A stretch of DNA of 64,000 nucleotides from Botryllus schlosseri (lineage: Eukaryota), in contig CM119372.1 of the NCBI GenBank assembly GCA_051294905.1, positions 7,132,001-7,196,000 of the forward strand, given 5' to 3'. Of the stretch, positions 36,175 through 50,374 are shown piece after piece. Numbering within the stretch: the stretch's first letter is position 1; each line of letters starts with the position of its first letter. Made by a program: the position numbers and the translations under genes. The notes beneath the pieces are model-generated. The model ran no database searches and had not been told where the DNA came from. It was given only the letters and a program-made list of their open reading frames with translations.

Positions 36175-37641
36175 TGTATGTTCGTGCATTTTACGTTGGT
36201 ATCGTTTGTTTCTTATTTGTCTAGGATTAGTAATTACCGCCAATCATTATTTCCTCGTTTGTCGTGCTTTGTATTTATACCCTGTGTTCTGTTGTCTCGT
36301 GGTCTTTCGTTTAACTCAGGGGTTCTCAACTTCCCTCGTATAACGGGCCGCATTTTCACACTAAGAGACGATGCGGGCCGCAGAACATTATCACAATGTA
36401 TTTGTGAGCTACTATTAAATTTAGGTCTATTTATCAGTCTTATTCGGGCATTTAGTGCATTTTTATGCATTCTAAAGCATTAATGGAGAGCGTTCGTAGG
36501 TTTGCAGGTGCTGTTTTTTTTGTGAGAATATCGATCTTCAAGTGGCGCAAGTAAATCCCTTCATGGAGCGTACATTCCATTCGTTGCCATGTCGGTATTA
36601 TAGTATATGCACCCCTCAAACCCTTCCACCACCAGAGAACCGAACTCTCTGTTTCAATGCGTGAGCGAGCAAGTATAAAATTACGGTGAATTTTTCGTTA
36701 CTGAGGTCATTATCACTTTGAGCTCTCAGTGATATGAGAAGACTTGAGACGTTAGGGGTCATTTCTGAGCAAATCAATCAACTCTTCGCCTTTCCTTCCA
36801 TGGCTGGAGCCCTACACCAATAGTTATGGAAGTCAGCTTTGTCAAATTGATGTCATGGTCCCCTTCCCACGTTTGCCCCGTCAGCATTTCCTCTGGAAAT
36901 ATGCCCATGACCATTCCTATAAAAAGCACCAGGATAATTAGCTATGCAATGTGTGTGCACTGTGTGCATTGATGGATAGGTCCAATGTTAGGCTAAAGTA
37001 GTCTACGTGCCAACCTGTTACAGAGCATGCGATAAAATATCGACTGAGATCGCTATTACTCTTCTGGTGATTGCTGAATCAGACAACTGTAGCTTCGAAA
37101 TTTGTCAGGTGATTTGGGACTTTTTGCTAAGTTCCAGAAATAGCGAATATTCGCACAGTACGTTAAAGTTTTATTGAAGTCATACCTTCTCTAGCAGATT
37201 CTTGGGTTTAGCGATATTCCAAGCAATTTTGAACAATGCGTCTGTCACGTCGTCGGCAATTTTAAATATGATTCGAAATATGGATTGCTGGGCTTGAAAC
37301 CAAGCTAGCAACGTTTGATATGTATAACTCCAGATGAAACTATCGTGCTATCATTTCAAGCTTCTAGGCTTTGTTACAACAACTGTTCTTCGACAAATGT
37401 GACACATCGTTCTTCCATAACAAAACGGGGCCAGTAGTGATTATATCGAAAGGAGTCGCGGGCCGCAAAAGAATCGTCTGCGGGACGCATGCGGCCCGCG
37501 GGCCGCGGGTTGAGAACCCCTTTAACTGAACTCTGGATCGTGTCGCCTGTCTTAAAGTTATTCTGCTGTTAATATATACTGATTTCATATTGCAACCTCG
37601 TCGTATTGAGTTATTGTTCGAACAAGATCAAGAACATAACA
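36175..37641 (+). repeat. 3' LTR (~256 bp) split into 36175-36316 and 37528-37641
   Basis: Matches the 5' LTR pieces; ends CATAACA followed by TSD ATTTC. Confidence 0.93.
36317..37521. mobile_element. Non-autonomous hAT element in the 3' LTR
   Basis: TIR CAGGGGTTCTCAAC / GTTGAGAACCCCT; TSD GTTTAACT on the left and TTTAACT (slightly eroded) on the right. Confidence 0.88.
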
Positions 37642-40014
37642 ATTTCTATACTTGCTAGGGTCTGTAATAGATTTCTCCACGGTCCGGATGAAATCGTCTG
37701 ACGGGCCGTGTCATGGCCAGTCGGGATTGTGTTGGACAGCCCTGCTATACCGTTGGGTCGGTGCGGCTATCTGGTTATGTGTTTTAACCAGGTCCGAAAC
37801 AATATTTTTCTGCCCCCTTCCGCCGAATAAAAAAGCACTGATCTTGGGCCCATCGTAGGGTAGTCGATGTAACTTTTTGGGCGCTTACAGCATGCATCTG
37901 GCTGTCAAATTTTTTGAATGACTTCTGTCAATATTATTGATTCTTCCATATATTAGGCTACTATAAAATGCACCAGCAGGTATGGCACACAGCTGGTGAT
38001 TTCCAACTTTTTGTGGTCGCGACCGCATTTCCAACTTCAAAATGTTCCGTGGACTAGCTCCAAACTTGATAAGCTGATTACTAAAAAATCAGCTTGCCCA
38101 AACTATTTATTTTGATTGCAAATTTGGTGAGGGTGGTGCCTGGTGCCCATACTAATATCAATATACGTTGCATTAATTCGCGAGCGGTGCGAAGAAACAA
38201 TTTTTAATAGCATAAATCTGCTTCAAAATAATATTGTTTATGTTGATATACGAAAAAATTTGAAGCCTACTTCAAACCGTCAAAATTACGGACATTTAGG
38301 CATATTTTAGGAATTCCTCCCGGACGCAGATTTTTCAGTGAAATTCCGGACATGTCCGGACGTATGGCAACCCTAAATTATTGTCCTGTGAGGTTCAGAT
38401 CGCCAGGACAGGAACATTCGGCGCCAGCCATTTAGCCGCCTATAAAAAATTAAACATATATGTATATTGTATATATATAGAAGTTTTCGGTCGCCACAAG
38501 GGCATTCCTTAATCATTCTCGGCCGAGGTCTACTCGCTGCTGATCGTACTGGTACACACGCATGTTACATGGCCTATAACTTCATATGTCTTGGTGCGTC
38601 CTGGCGCAGTAATGGCCGACGCCGAAGTCTTCATTTCCAAAAAGTACTCTATAATTTATGTTAATTCACGAAATCATTTTGGGCCCCTTCAAGCTCGCCC
38701 CCCCCCCCCCCCCAATTGGGAGGTTTGGCGTGCGGCAGTTACGGTCCTGTTCCCCACTACCCAACATTTTTGGCATCACAGAGCAGCTATTTGCTGGTTC
38801 GACTACACAAGACACGCAATCACACCAGTACGCAAGACAATCGCCTATAACTGCAACGTAAAACGTATTGTGAACGAATACCAGCAACGCTCAAAATTTC
38901 GTGAAAGCGATATTTCACGTCAAACCAGTCGTGCTGGATGCGTTTGTGACGCCATGATTGGCCATCCAGAGTTTAAAATGAGGTTTTGTGAACAACACGC
39001 AATATAATGTTCGATACATACATTCCAGAGCAGCTAACTGGTAACGGTAATTGCGCATGCGTCTCCGTGAATATGAAGACTGTTCTGAGGATAGTTCTGA
39101 ACAAATGCGTCTATTCCCCACCAGAAACAATTGAATTCCCCACCGTTTGGGAACCACTGCTCTAAAGGCAACTGCGTAAACTACGTACGGAGCAAAGATT
39201 CAATACGATTCATGTTCGCACTTGACTTGACCAGACTAATTCCAATGACTAGAACTCGAGAGATTGCGTAAGCCTAACTGCAAAGGTCAACGAATTCGGA
39301 CACATACGCAATTGTTATCTCATAGATTGGGCCTGTCATATTGAATCCAGAACATCAATTTGAATGGTCCTTGGAAAACAGAGGACAGCAGCCTCGGAAC
39401 TTCGGTCTCGGAACAACATAGTACATTTAAGCCTTGAAACTGGAGACTGTGACACAACACAACACAGACGGCTTACTGTCTATAACAGACCTGGACAACT
39501 AAAAAATTTTCAGCTTTTTCAAATTAGATTAGAATTAGAATTAGAGCTACACAGTTTTTCCAAATTAGATTAGAATTAGAATTAGAGCTACAGTTTTTCA
39601 AAATTAGATTAGAATTAGAATTAGAGTTACACGGTTTTTTCCGAATTAGATTAGAATTAGAATTACTGAATTCGCAAAAACTTGGAAATTAAATGAAACT
39701 GTGAATTGAAATAAATACAGCAAAAATCAAGTTCAGTCCATATCAAATCACAGTGCGTTCGCATATGCATGAGAATGGTTAACGTCTGTCCACCAAGCTT
39801 GGCTTGTTTTGCACTAATCAGGGTTCACCGAGACGCTGGCCAAATGCGGCCAGCAGTCTGATTTGTGATATTGAATGAACGCGAAGTAAAGCATTTTGAA
39901 ATGGTGAAATTGATCAGTTTCAAATTATTATTGTGTTTTCAAAATATGCAATTCCACTGGGCCGAACAACACTATTCCGCAGTCCGCACTAGCAGAAACG
40001 ACTCTGGCGTTGTA

Positions 40015-43000
40015 CACTGTAAATTCTGAAGTGTTGCTCAACCCGGAAAATTGAACACGAAACGTGATCCAAAAATTGAACGCCTAGAAGTGTTGCGAAG
40101 TGTTTAAATTAAAAGTGTTTACCTAAAAAGTGTTCAGCCTCAAAGTGGCTGGTTGACTAGTCACCGGAACGCAGGGCTCAAAATAAAATCAGATTTTATT
40201 GATTCATGAATAGATGACGCTTATAATACCCAACCTGGGTGATTAAATACGTGCAAACATTGAAATTTCCAATAGCTGCTGTGACAGGGTTTCATAAATT
40301 CAGATCAGCAGTTGAAACCGTTTCCGGAATAGTCCATGAAATCACGAACATCAAAAATGATCAAGAGCAAACTCACTACAAATATCATGCAACTCGTTCA
40401 ATCATGAAAATGAATGCATAGCGAATTAGGGATAGTGATAACAAAATATCATTTAGTATCTTTAACTTTCGTGACAATGGCATGGAATTAAATTCATTGG
40501 TTACGTCCGTTAACGGAAAACATGATCAACACAAATCAGTAAAACATATTTATAATTGATCAAATTATGGCTTGTAAATTTCTAATTTTATTGTAAAAAA
40601 AACAAACGATGAATATATCAGTTTCACTACCACTACCGCGATAAACAAGTAATAAAGTATTTTGAAATTGGGCCTGCTAAGTGCTAACCAGGCATCAAAA
40701 ATATTCTTGGGCTTGCACTACAAGGATTTATATCAGGTTAATGCCAATCACTTTTGTTTAAATAACAAAGAAATCGTTTCTCTGAGTCCATACAAATTTT
40801 GCAGATTTACAGAAAAGATTTTGTTGTTATTTGCCAGTCTGCTGCAAAATATGAAATCTGGAAGTCATTAGGGCAATGATTCTTGAACATATTTGGACAC
40901 GCCCCGTTATGATAGCAAAAAAATTTCACACACCCCTTATCGTCGTATCATGAAATTAAAAAAAGCAACCAGAACGCTAGAAATCCCAACTGATAGTTGG
41001 ATGGCAGTGACGGTAATAGTTGTTGATGAGAGAATATTCAAATATTAAATTCTGACCATACACAGAGAAATAAGTAGAAGCTGCCATGTGCGAAAAAGAT
41101 TTTAGTTGACAGCGGGTTCACGCCCCTTCAAATGCTTTCTCCTGTTTGAGAACCACTCCTTAAGGGTATGACAATCCAATGCATAGTAGCTCAAAACGTC
41201 AACAATGTTTCTGAATACTTCATTTTCACTGAAGCAGTTTTATATTCTTGGCATCAGCTGCAATCCAGGATCGGTCAATCTCTGATTCGTGGCGTGCCAT
41301 GGTGTTTGCTTCTTTTCTACTGGTCGACTCCAAGTTGTGCTCCTTGAAAATGTGATTAAATTCCAAAGTTTTGAATATGTCAATGAAAATTCTATATTTT
41401 ATGCAGAAATAAATATAAATATTTCACACATGCAGGTTACACAAGCGCAGGAAAGGCGCTCGGGTACATGTGAAATCCTATCACTGAGAAGGACTAAAAT
41501 TCGCATAACGACCAATAAAAATATCTTGAATTAGGTCTGCGCTTTTTTTCAATTCGGCCATTTTGACATTTACATTGACATTCAGACGCACAGGCCACAG
41601 TGAGAATGCAGAACTGTAACTCAGAATGAAATTTATAGCAAAACGTCTATGTACGTCTACAAACGGTCTATGTAAATTTGTATGGTCCACAAAACAGAAA
41701 GATTACGATACCTGTTTCAATAAGACATGCGCTTGGGTCTTGGATTGTATTAGCTTGTCTCTCAATTTGGCTTGGAGAAGAAGACAGTTGACTTCATCAA
41801 CCTCGTTTTGCTGAAAATGTAATTGATTGCAAACAAGATCCGAAAATAAATATAGTAGAATCGGTATTCCTATGGGTTTGGATTTCCATTACAATAATTG
41901 ACCAGACAAAGGACACATTGAATGTCTTTAGTACAAAACACTTTGTGACATCTTATCGAAGGTGTTGAATACTTTTCCTTCATTGCAGTAATTGTAATTG
42001 TTCTCAATCTTTCAAAATACTTCCTTCCTGATGAAATTTAATTAGCGAAATTATTTGGAATTAGCACGACATGGGAAATGATCTCAATTTGATGTTCCAA
42101 GTATAGTTCAGTAAGCAGTAGTTTAAATACAAGTTACCCCAGCTCTTTACATTCAAGAACACCTCTGTTCAATGTACACAGATCAAGCCTCTCTTAAGCT
42201 CATATCGCATATATAGATAGTTATCAAGAAAATTAGGACTGCAAAAACCAGCACATTCCATGATCAATGGTGATATATGAAATGAATAAATAGACTTACA
42301 TAATCACATGTTTCCATTGGTTCTTGAGGCAAAAGTATTATCGCAAAAGATGACTACACCGGCACAAAATCCGTTCAGATGACTCCTCACGTCACTATCA
42401 ACATTGTCTGTTAGCACAGGCACGGTAGAACCAGGGGGTCTCTTCGAAGAGTCGACACCAGTTGGATGAATTTGAAGATCAATCCAAGACTGTTGAAAAG
42501 AAAATACTTGTTTCAAAAATTTGCAATACAAAGGAACTATTCAATATTCGAACAGCTTCTTCGAGGTGCAAAACTTCAATATAAAATTGAATGGTATATG
42601 CATATTGAAATGAGCCCGAATATTTTCGGCTGAGACTCGTCAAGGGTAATCGTCAGCAACTAGTAGAGAACTCGAAAGAACGTAATACATCAAAAATCGT
42701 ATCACAAAATATGACGTCACCGGCATTCAGTATTACGCAGATATCACACTGGATACATTTGTATGTGACAAAAGGGTGTCTTTCATAGAACAAATAATTA
42801 TTGTAATGGAAAGTTGCATGTGACCGTACCACCAATTTTACTACAGCACGAGTAGCATACTTTCCTGGATTGTTAATCATTTTAGTGGAATTTTACCAGC
42901 AAACATTCATAAAAATAACCAAATGCAGCAGAATCAAATTCATTATCTAAGGATATGCCAGTTTACTTACGAAATACCGCGATGCTTACCAGTATTTTAA

Positions 43001-46000
43001 ACAACAAATGCATTTCAAGAAGTTGCCAATTGCAATACATACTACCTGCACATTAGGGCATTTTTCATATTCTTTCCATCAGCCGCAACCCAGGCTTGAT
43101 GAGTCCCTGATTCGTGGCGTGCCATGGCGGATATTTTTTTACTGGTCTAATCCAAATGCTGCTCCTAGAAAATACGAAACATTACAAAGGAAAATTGTAA
43201 ATTTGATGCAGAAGTAAATATAAATATTTCACACAGATAGGTTACAGAAGCGCAGGAGAGGTGCTCTGCCCCCCAGGTTGAGAACCACTGACCTAGCCCA
43301 TTATAGTTCAGTAAGCAATAGTCAAAGTACAAGTTACACGAGCTCATTACGTTCAACTACATCTCTGTTCAGTGTTCAGTGTACACAGTTCAGGGTACAC
43401 TGTACGGTACAGTGTACACAGATGAAGCCTTTTTCAGCTTATATCGAATAGCCCGTAAGCTACACTGCGAGATAGTTCGTGAGAAAAGTAGGACTGCAAA
43501 AACCAGCAAATTACATAATCAATGGTGATATACCAAATGAAAAAATAGGCTTACATAATCACATGTATCCATGGGCTCTTGAGACAAAGGTCTGTATCAC
43601 ATAAGATGACTGTGCCGGCACAAAACCCGTTACGAACGACTCCTCACGTCACTGTCAACATTGTCTGATAGCGCAGGCACGGTAGACCCAGGGGCTCCTT
43701 TTAAAGAGTGGACATCAGTTGAACGAATTTGAGGAGCAATCCAAGACTATTGAAAAGAAATATTTGTTGCCAAAATTCGCAATACAAATGAACTGCTCAG
43801 TAATCACGCAGATATCATACTGGATACATTTTTTTTTCTGCAATAAGTTGTGCGTGGCAGAAGGGTGTATTTCATAGAATAATTGAGTAATGGAATGGAA
43901 AGTTGCACATGACGTTACCACCAATTTTACTCTGGCACAGTTAGTATACTTCCTGGATCGTTAACAATTTTTGTGAAATTTTACCAGCAAACATTCATAA
44001 AAATCTTTATCACAAAGATAACCGATTGCAACAGAATCAAATTCATTCTCTAAGGATATACCAGTTCACTTACAAAACACCGTGATGCTTACCAGTATTC
44101 CATACAGCAAATGCATTTCAAAAAGGTGCCAAGTTCAATACATACTACCTGCAAAATAGAGTTTAGTTCAGTTACCGTATCACAATAAACTCAGAAAAGT
44201 CAAATTCGGGGATTGGGCAAAACAAATACTACCCCTTGTGATCCATGGTTTGTTGAAAAGATTGTTTGTTTGGCTGTGCTATTATTGGGGCGATTTTTTG
44301 GACCTAAAAAGGTAAGATTTTGACTAAAAAATTCAAATTCACCCATATTTTGATGATGAAAAACTTAATTTTGACCCCATGTACTTAAATTAGGTGTTTC
44401 TCACATAGTGTTAGAATTGTATTACCGGAACTTATCTTTATTTCTGGCTGGAGCTGTCTGTTCTTCCGAAGTAATTTGACCTGAAAAAATCTTTTAGCAT
44501 GAAAATTTACAAATTTTTACATGAAAAAGAACTTATTTTATCGAAATCTGGACCCATGAATAATTCTAGTATTAGTTACATCTCGTATTATGGTAGAAAT
44601 AATTAAAAATTTATTGTAGTACAACGAAAGATACTTTCCGACATTTTCGGGTAGAAAGTATCTGTCCTAACTAAGTAGCCTGGCAAGAATGAAGAAAGAA
44701 CGTTCACCAGCTGCAGTTGTTGGCCGGCAACACTGAAGTTGTGCGTACACTGCACTCTCTCTCTCTCATTATGACAAAGTTGTCTACATCGCAATTAATA
44801 ATCATACGGTGTCTAATAGAAGAACCAATGCACACGCAGTCTTGCTTCAGTTAGGATAGTGCAATAGGCTACGTTGAGTATTTGTTTCATTTGACAGTTT
44901 ATGATTCACAATGAGCAGACGATGGTCCGTCTACAACGGTAGGACTATAAAGTAGGCTACAAGATGTAAATTGTAAAATGATAAGTTCACCGACAGTGCA
45001 ATCATCTATGATAGAAACGAAATGCAAGTTGCCAACAAAATTTTGATTTTGTAAAGAATTTTGGCAATTTTTGACCTGACGGTACAATTTTGACAAAATT
45101 CTGACCTATTTTGACATTTCAAAAAAAATCGCTTTAGTTAACACCTTACCACTTGGAATAAACAGTAGGCCTACAGTGTAAAATGTCTTGCAGTTGAAAA
45201 ACAATCAAAACCGTTGCATGACTGTCATACCGGCATTCAATTGCTGACATTGCAGTACTTGTCCACAATGGACCACAATATCGCCTACATAGTGATATTT
45301 CAGTGTGGATAGAGAGAACATCCCTTTATCCATATGTCAAAAAAGTTACTTTTATAGCAGCTTCCCATCAGTACCGTAGTACTGGACATGGTCGCAGCCT
45401 GGTATATTATCAGATTCGAAGCTCGATCATCCAGCAATAATATCAGACGAAGCATATACTGCAAAACATCTAAAGAGCATTTATATGAATAAGGGATATC
45501 AGTAGCCTGCTAAAACATCTAAAACAAACGACGTTACTGCAATGTCAAAACGAGTTAATTTTATGACTATTCTCACATTACATACATTCAATAACATTTA
45601 CCGCATTTCCATACCTTACAGTACATGGATGTTATGATCCTTTACGCCATCAGGTAGCAGAAACTGCTTCAATATATCCATTTCGCCAAGTTTTTTCGTG
45701 TACCCTACTCTCTGCCTGAAGCCTGACGAACCACCAATTCAAATCCAAACTGAAATCGAGTGCGCTCTACCGTAACGAAGGTTGTGACCCCTACGCGTCA
45801 CAGGGAAATATGTATATTTCATTGAAATATTACCCTTAAACTTAGTGTTGGGTCAAGTGAGTAATATTATTTTACATATACCGTGATTTAATGTGATCGC
45901 CAAACGTAGCGATGGTTTATGAATGCAAAATTGATGATAAATAACCAGGTATAAATTTTATTGAAAATAAGCCGCAATGGCGAAGTGTTACATGTAAACG

Positions 46001-46121
46001 GAGAAATACGCAGAAGCGTTGCGACGATAATGGCCCAATGCGTTTATATGCCCAAAAAGTGTGTCTGTACGCAGAAAAAAGTGTTATGAAGTGTTCAATA
46101 CGACCTTGCGGATTTACAGTG
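40015..46121 (-). mobile_element. Decayed CACTA/EnSpm (CMC)-like transposon with internal diverged duplication
   Basis: TIR CACTGTAAAT/ATTTACAGTG flanked by TA. Minus-strand fragments LTDNV..SHLNGF....FC and KHHGTPRIRD.PIL resemble the xDNLxxHxxxGF..C and KHHxxxHYPxxIRxxGPL transposase motifs. ~41280-43050 is repeated at ~43105-44155. Confidence 0.55.
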
Positions 46122-46220
46122 TACTAACGCATGGTTATTATTCGTCACGATTACTACTATGATCGTACGTACGGTGTACTGTAAGTAGCGCGATGGCGGC
46201 TTGGCAGTGACACTTTAGAT

Positions 46221-47862
46221 CAGTGATTCCCAAGCGCGGCCCTGAGGGCCGCATGCGGCCCCCAGCTAGCCTTCTTGCGGCCCCCCAAAAATATTAAGAA
46301 ATCGAGTTATGACAAAAAATTAAATTTATATTTATAAAATACACTAACTTGGCTTGGAGACTGGAGTTTTTAATTAGGATTGCAGGAAAGTCGTGAGTAG
46401 ACTGCTATCGTTACGTTGAACGAGCAGTAGCTATAGATATAGGTAAAGACAGGACTGTAACTGCCGCACGCCGAACCCCCGATGAAGGGGGGGGGGGGAG
46501 AACTCGAACGGGGCTCAGAATTATTTCGTGAATCAGCATAAATTATAGAGTATTTTTTGAAAAATTTATGCATCTTTTTCAATTTTTTTTGTTGTAGACG
46601 TGATTTCATGCTGCCAAATATCTTGATTTTTGGGTACTACTCCCCAGGAAAAAAATGCGCAAGATTTATAGAAATGGGCATTAGGCATATCGGCGTTAGC
46701 CTTTACCGCGCCACGACGCACCAAGCAAGAAAACCTTGGCCGCACAGGACTGCCCTTCAAGCGTATGCTGACCAAAAACGTTGTTATATACACAAAATAC
46801 TGTCTTGGCAATCTTAACCTCACGAGACAAATACCATCCCGCAGGAAAAAATTATATTCCAGTGAAGAAATACCAATGTGAAATCGTGTGCGTCTCTTAG
46901 TTTAGAAGCCTATTTGGGCGATGCTATATTTCTTTGACATGGCAGACAGGAGGTCACGAAATAACATGTTACGAAATCATACTAATGCTGGGTCCTACAG
47001 TTTCCAAGACACCTCACTCAGCTTTACCGGTAAATCTGATTGCGTGAGCAGCGAGGACAAGAAATTTATAGCAATATATATGCAATTACCGAAAATACAT
47101 ACAGATCTGATCATGAATTATCGAAAATTTTCGCGCTTCGCGCTGGCTCACTTCACAGTACAACCAGTTTCGTGGGAAAAGCGAACAAGGTGATAGGGAT
47201 AGGCTTATCACCCTATGGGAGCCCAAGACCCAGGTTTACTATTTTTTTTGGGGGGGGGGGCTACGAAGTGGTGTTTCGTTCAGACTGCCAACGGGTATAT
47301 ACGTTCGATGATGTTCGATTAATAATTATTATTTATACCTTTTCAAACACACTTCCCTCGGCTCTACGTGTAAAACTGATTACGTGAGCAGAGAGAGGAT
47401 GAAAATTGATGGCAATATATATGCAATTCCCGATCATAATTGACAGAAAATTTTCGCGCTTCGCGCGTCTAGCTATACAACCTGACTCACTAAATCGCCC
47501 CGAAAGCAGCAAAATTGCCAGTCCTATAGCTCACTACCGACGCGTCCGCATAATTTGATAGGTCCGGTCATTATCGAAAGCTAGTTTCGCACTGATTCCA
47601 AAAATGCAAATTGGAATCTCGCCAGGGCAATAAAACTGCTCCGAGATAGCTTCCAAAGGTCAACTGTTCTGAACAATGGGAGCGCAGCAACACAATGATC
47701 ATAACAATGGCCAACGCCGTCAAGTCATTGATCAGAACAATGCCAATTTTCATATTTTGATGACATTTGGGTCCGTTTGATAGTCCTGGTATTCGTGCGG
47801 CCCCGACCGTGCTCTGAAATTCTAAATTTGGCCCTGACACCGAAAAAGTTTGGGAACCACTG
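46221..47862. mobile_element. Non-autonomous hAT element
   Basis: TIR CAGTGATTCCCAA / TTGGGAACCACTG; exact 8-bp TSD CTTTAGAT. Confidence 0.9.
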
Positions 47863-48273
47863 CTTTAGATTTACATGCGCGAGAAGGATATTCCTGTTAA
47901 CTCGCTACAAAATGCCGCGGAAAACGAGGCATTTCAGGAAAACAATAAACTAGATTAGAATTAGAATTAGAGCACGGGACCATTTCACAAATTGGACTAG
48001 AATTAGAATTAGAGCATGGAAACATTTCACAAATTATACTAGAATTAGAATTAGAGCATGGAAACATTTCACAAATTAGATTAGAATTAGATTACTTGCA
48101 TTTCGCTCTAATTTAGTGAAATTGGACAACTAGAATTCCGATTCTTTGTTTATTTATTATAGTTGTGCTCACCGTAAATACTATTTTATTCAAATCCAAA
48201 TTTTTCGACGGCAATAACTCCGCTTCCACTGGTTGGAATTGAACCAAATTTGGTGAGCATCGTTTCTATAGAC

Positions 48274-50374
48274 TAGGGTTACCATATTTCTGCAACCCAA
48301 ATTCCGGACACTCTTTAGCGCCCACTAGTGGATTTAAAAATTAGTTATGACGTCACACTAGGAAAGCTTTGCTCATAGACCAGAGGTGGTCACGATCCGG
48401 TTCAGGAGTATGTGGCTGACTGGCTGTGTGTTGTGTAACCGGGACCGAAACCGAAAGTACATGTTTTCAACCCCTTCCCGCCCAAATAAACACACTATAG
48501 GGTCATCGATGCAACTTCTATCGGGGGGGGGGGGGTGTCTGTTATATAAATCAGGTTTCTATATGAATGAATTCTGTCAATGATATTGGTTGTTCCATAT
48601 ATTACTATATAGATCCTCCACCCGCCCACATGATGGGTGTAGGATGATGAGTTCGAAAACACAGGGAGCGTATAAATTGCACATCGTTAGGTCATGTTAA
48701 ATTGTTCATGTCCTACTGATACGTTTATCAGCCTTGTGCCGGTGCGCACAACTGAGCTCTATTAACAACCCCACATTCAGTGGTTTCCAACCTTTTATGG
48801 TCGCGCCACCATCTCTAATTTGAAAATGTTCCGTGGCCCAGATCAAAATTTGACGAGCTGATTACTAAAAGAAGTCAGCACCTTTGCCCAGACATATTCA
48901 CGGGCTATTTTGGAAGCTGATTACGTTCATCATATTCGCAAACCCCATAATAAAGGCAAATGACCCCCCCCCCGCGTTTGGAACCACTATCTTTGAATAA
49001 AGCATTTAAACGGCCTTAACGATCTCTAGGAATATACCGTTCTCTTATAATTACGATTACAATTAGGCTTATTCCAGTAATGAAGGTTGTTTTTATTTAT
49101 ATTTTATTTCAGTTTTTTCGAGGGTGGTAGTCATCATATTAAATTCAATAAATGTAATAGTAAATCTCGCGCAGCGCGAAGAAAAATATCATGCATCAGC
49201 ATAAATATTAGGGATGGTGTGAACGTGAGGTTCACGTTCGCGTTCTGTGTGTGAACCTCGGAAATTTAGAGGTTCGTGTTCACAACAGAACCTTGGTAGG
49301 TTCTGCACTGTGAACCTTTTGGTAAATTGTAATTTTCACTCCATTATAAGATCTTTGGCTCAAATTTATTGCATTTCAACTGCGGGCCACTCCATGCATG
49401 GTGCTGGCAGCATAAAAAATCAACGCTTTACGAGCATGCACCATGCACCTCGACAACCTTAAAAGTTTTAGTTGCTTTGTTGCAAAAATTTTCACGGAAT
49501 AACCAGCTTTCCGCTTGTGAATATTTAGTGACTATCTGCTGTGAGCTTGACCCGCAATCACACATCACGAGCGATATACGTAGTCAGCAAATAATGCTTA
49601 TTCAACCAATCAATGACATTGATATCGTTTTCTGATGTAAAAAATCGAACGGGCGTAGGGAGTCAATCTTGACTTCATATCTTTACTGTATCATTAAAAC
49701 CAAATCCGTGCGATTAAGGTGCTTGCTACTGCTGCATAACTTGTTGTTGTTTGTGGTATCGGTAGCGAATATTGAAACCCGTTGTACACTCTGCTCAATA
49801 TCAATGTAGCAATACTCAGACTCCGAACACATTGTCCGGTCTGGCTAAAACCGTTAAGGCGTAAGCTTATATTCCTTGGTAAGTCCTCGTCGAAATTGTT
49901 GGCAAAGTAACGGAATGTATTGATTTTACGCAATTAATATATACTTTGATTACCGCTGTTGATATATTTAGCGACGTTTAAAACGCCGATATGTACTTCA
50001 GCATTGTGACATTATGTGGACTGAGTCTTCGCTTGGTATCGTGTATAGTACATTAATATAAGCTATCACGTCATTGGAAGATAGGGTTGGAATTAGCAAT
50101 ATGACGTCACGAGATTCACGTTCGTGTTCACGCAGAACCTTTCAAAAAGGTTCGCGTTCACACGAACCTGAACCGTTCAGAGGTTCACACCATCCCTAAT
50201 AAATATTCCCAAAAAATATTGTTTTAAGGCTGATTTACGAAAAAAAATTATGAGTCTACGTCAAGTCTTCAAAATTCCGGACATTTGGCATATTTTAGAA
50301 ATTCCTCCCGGACGCTAGTTTGAACAGTGAAATTCCGGACATGTCCGGGAAATTCCGGACGTATGGCAACCCTA
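48274..50374. mobile_element. Non-autonomous hAT-type element with nested inserts
   Basis: TIR TAGGGTTACCATA / TATGGCAACCCTA; exact 8-bp TSD CTATAGAC; TCCGGAC subterminal motifs. Confidence 0.88.
49209..50198. mobile_element. hAT-type MITE nested in 48274-50374
   Basis: TIR TAGGGATGGTGTGAAC / GTTCACACCATCCCTA; exact 8-bp TSD ATAAATAT. Confidence 0.92.

Larger units (their letters stand above)
17764..37641 (+). mobile_element. Full-length Ty3/Gypsy (Mag-like) LTR retrotransposon, inactivated and multiply interrupted
   Basis: TGTTATG...CATAACA LTR ends; 5-bp TSD ATTTC (17759-17763, 37642-37646); PBS and PPT present; gag-PR-RT-RH-IN order. Confidence 0.95.
39486..48137 (-). mobile_element. Older copy of the 34265-35158 MITE family, split by large nested insertions
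   Basis: 39486-39815, 46124-46220 and 47863-48137 are collinear reverse-complement matches to the 34.3-35.2-kb MITE (TTAGATTAGAATTAGAATTAG arrays). Confidence 0.75.

Noticed and set aside
37650..39480. Short ORFs of 60-138 aa
   Set aside because: Composed of fragments of hAT MITE families seen elsewhere in the window; no coding signal.
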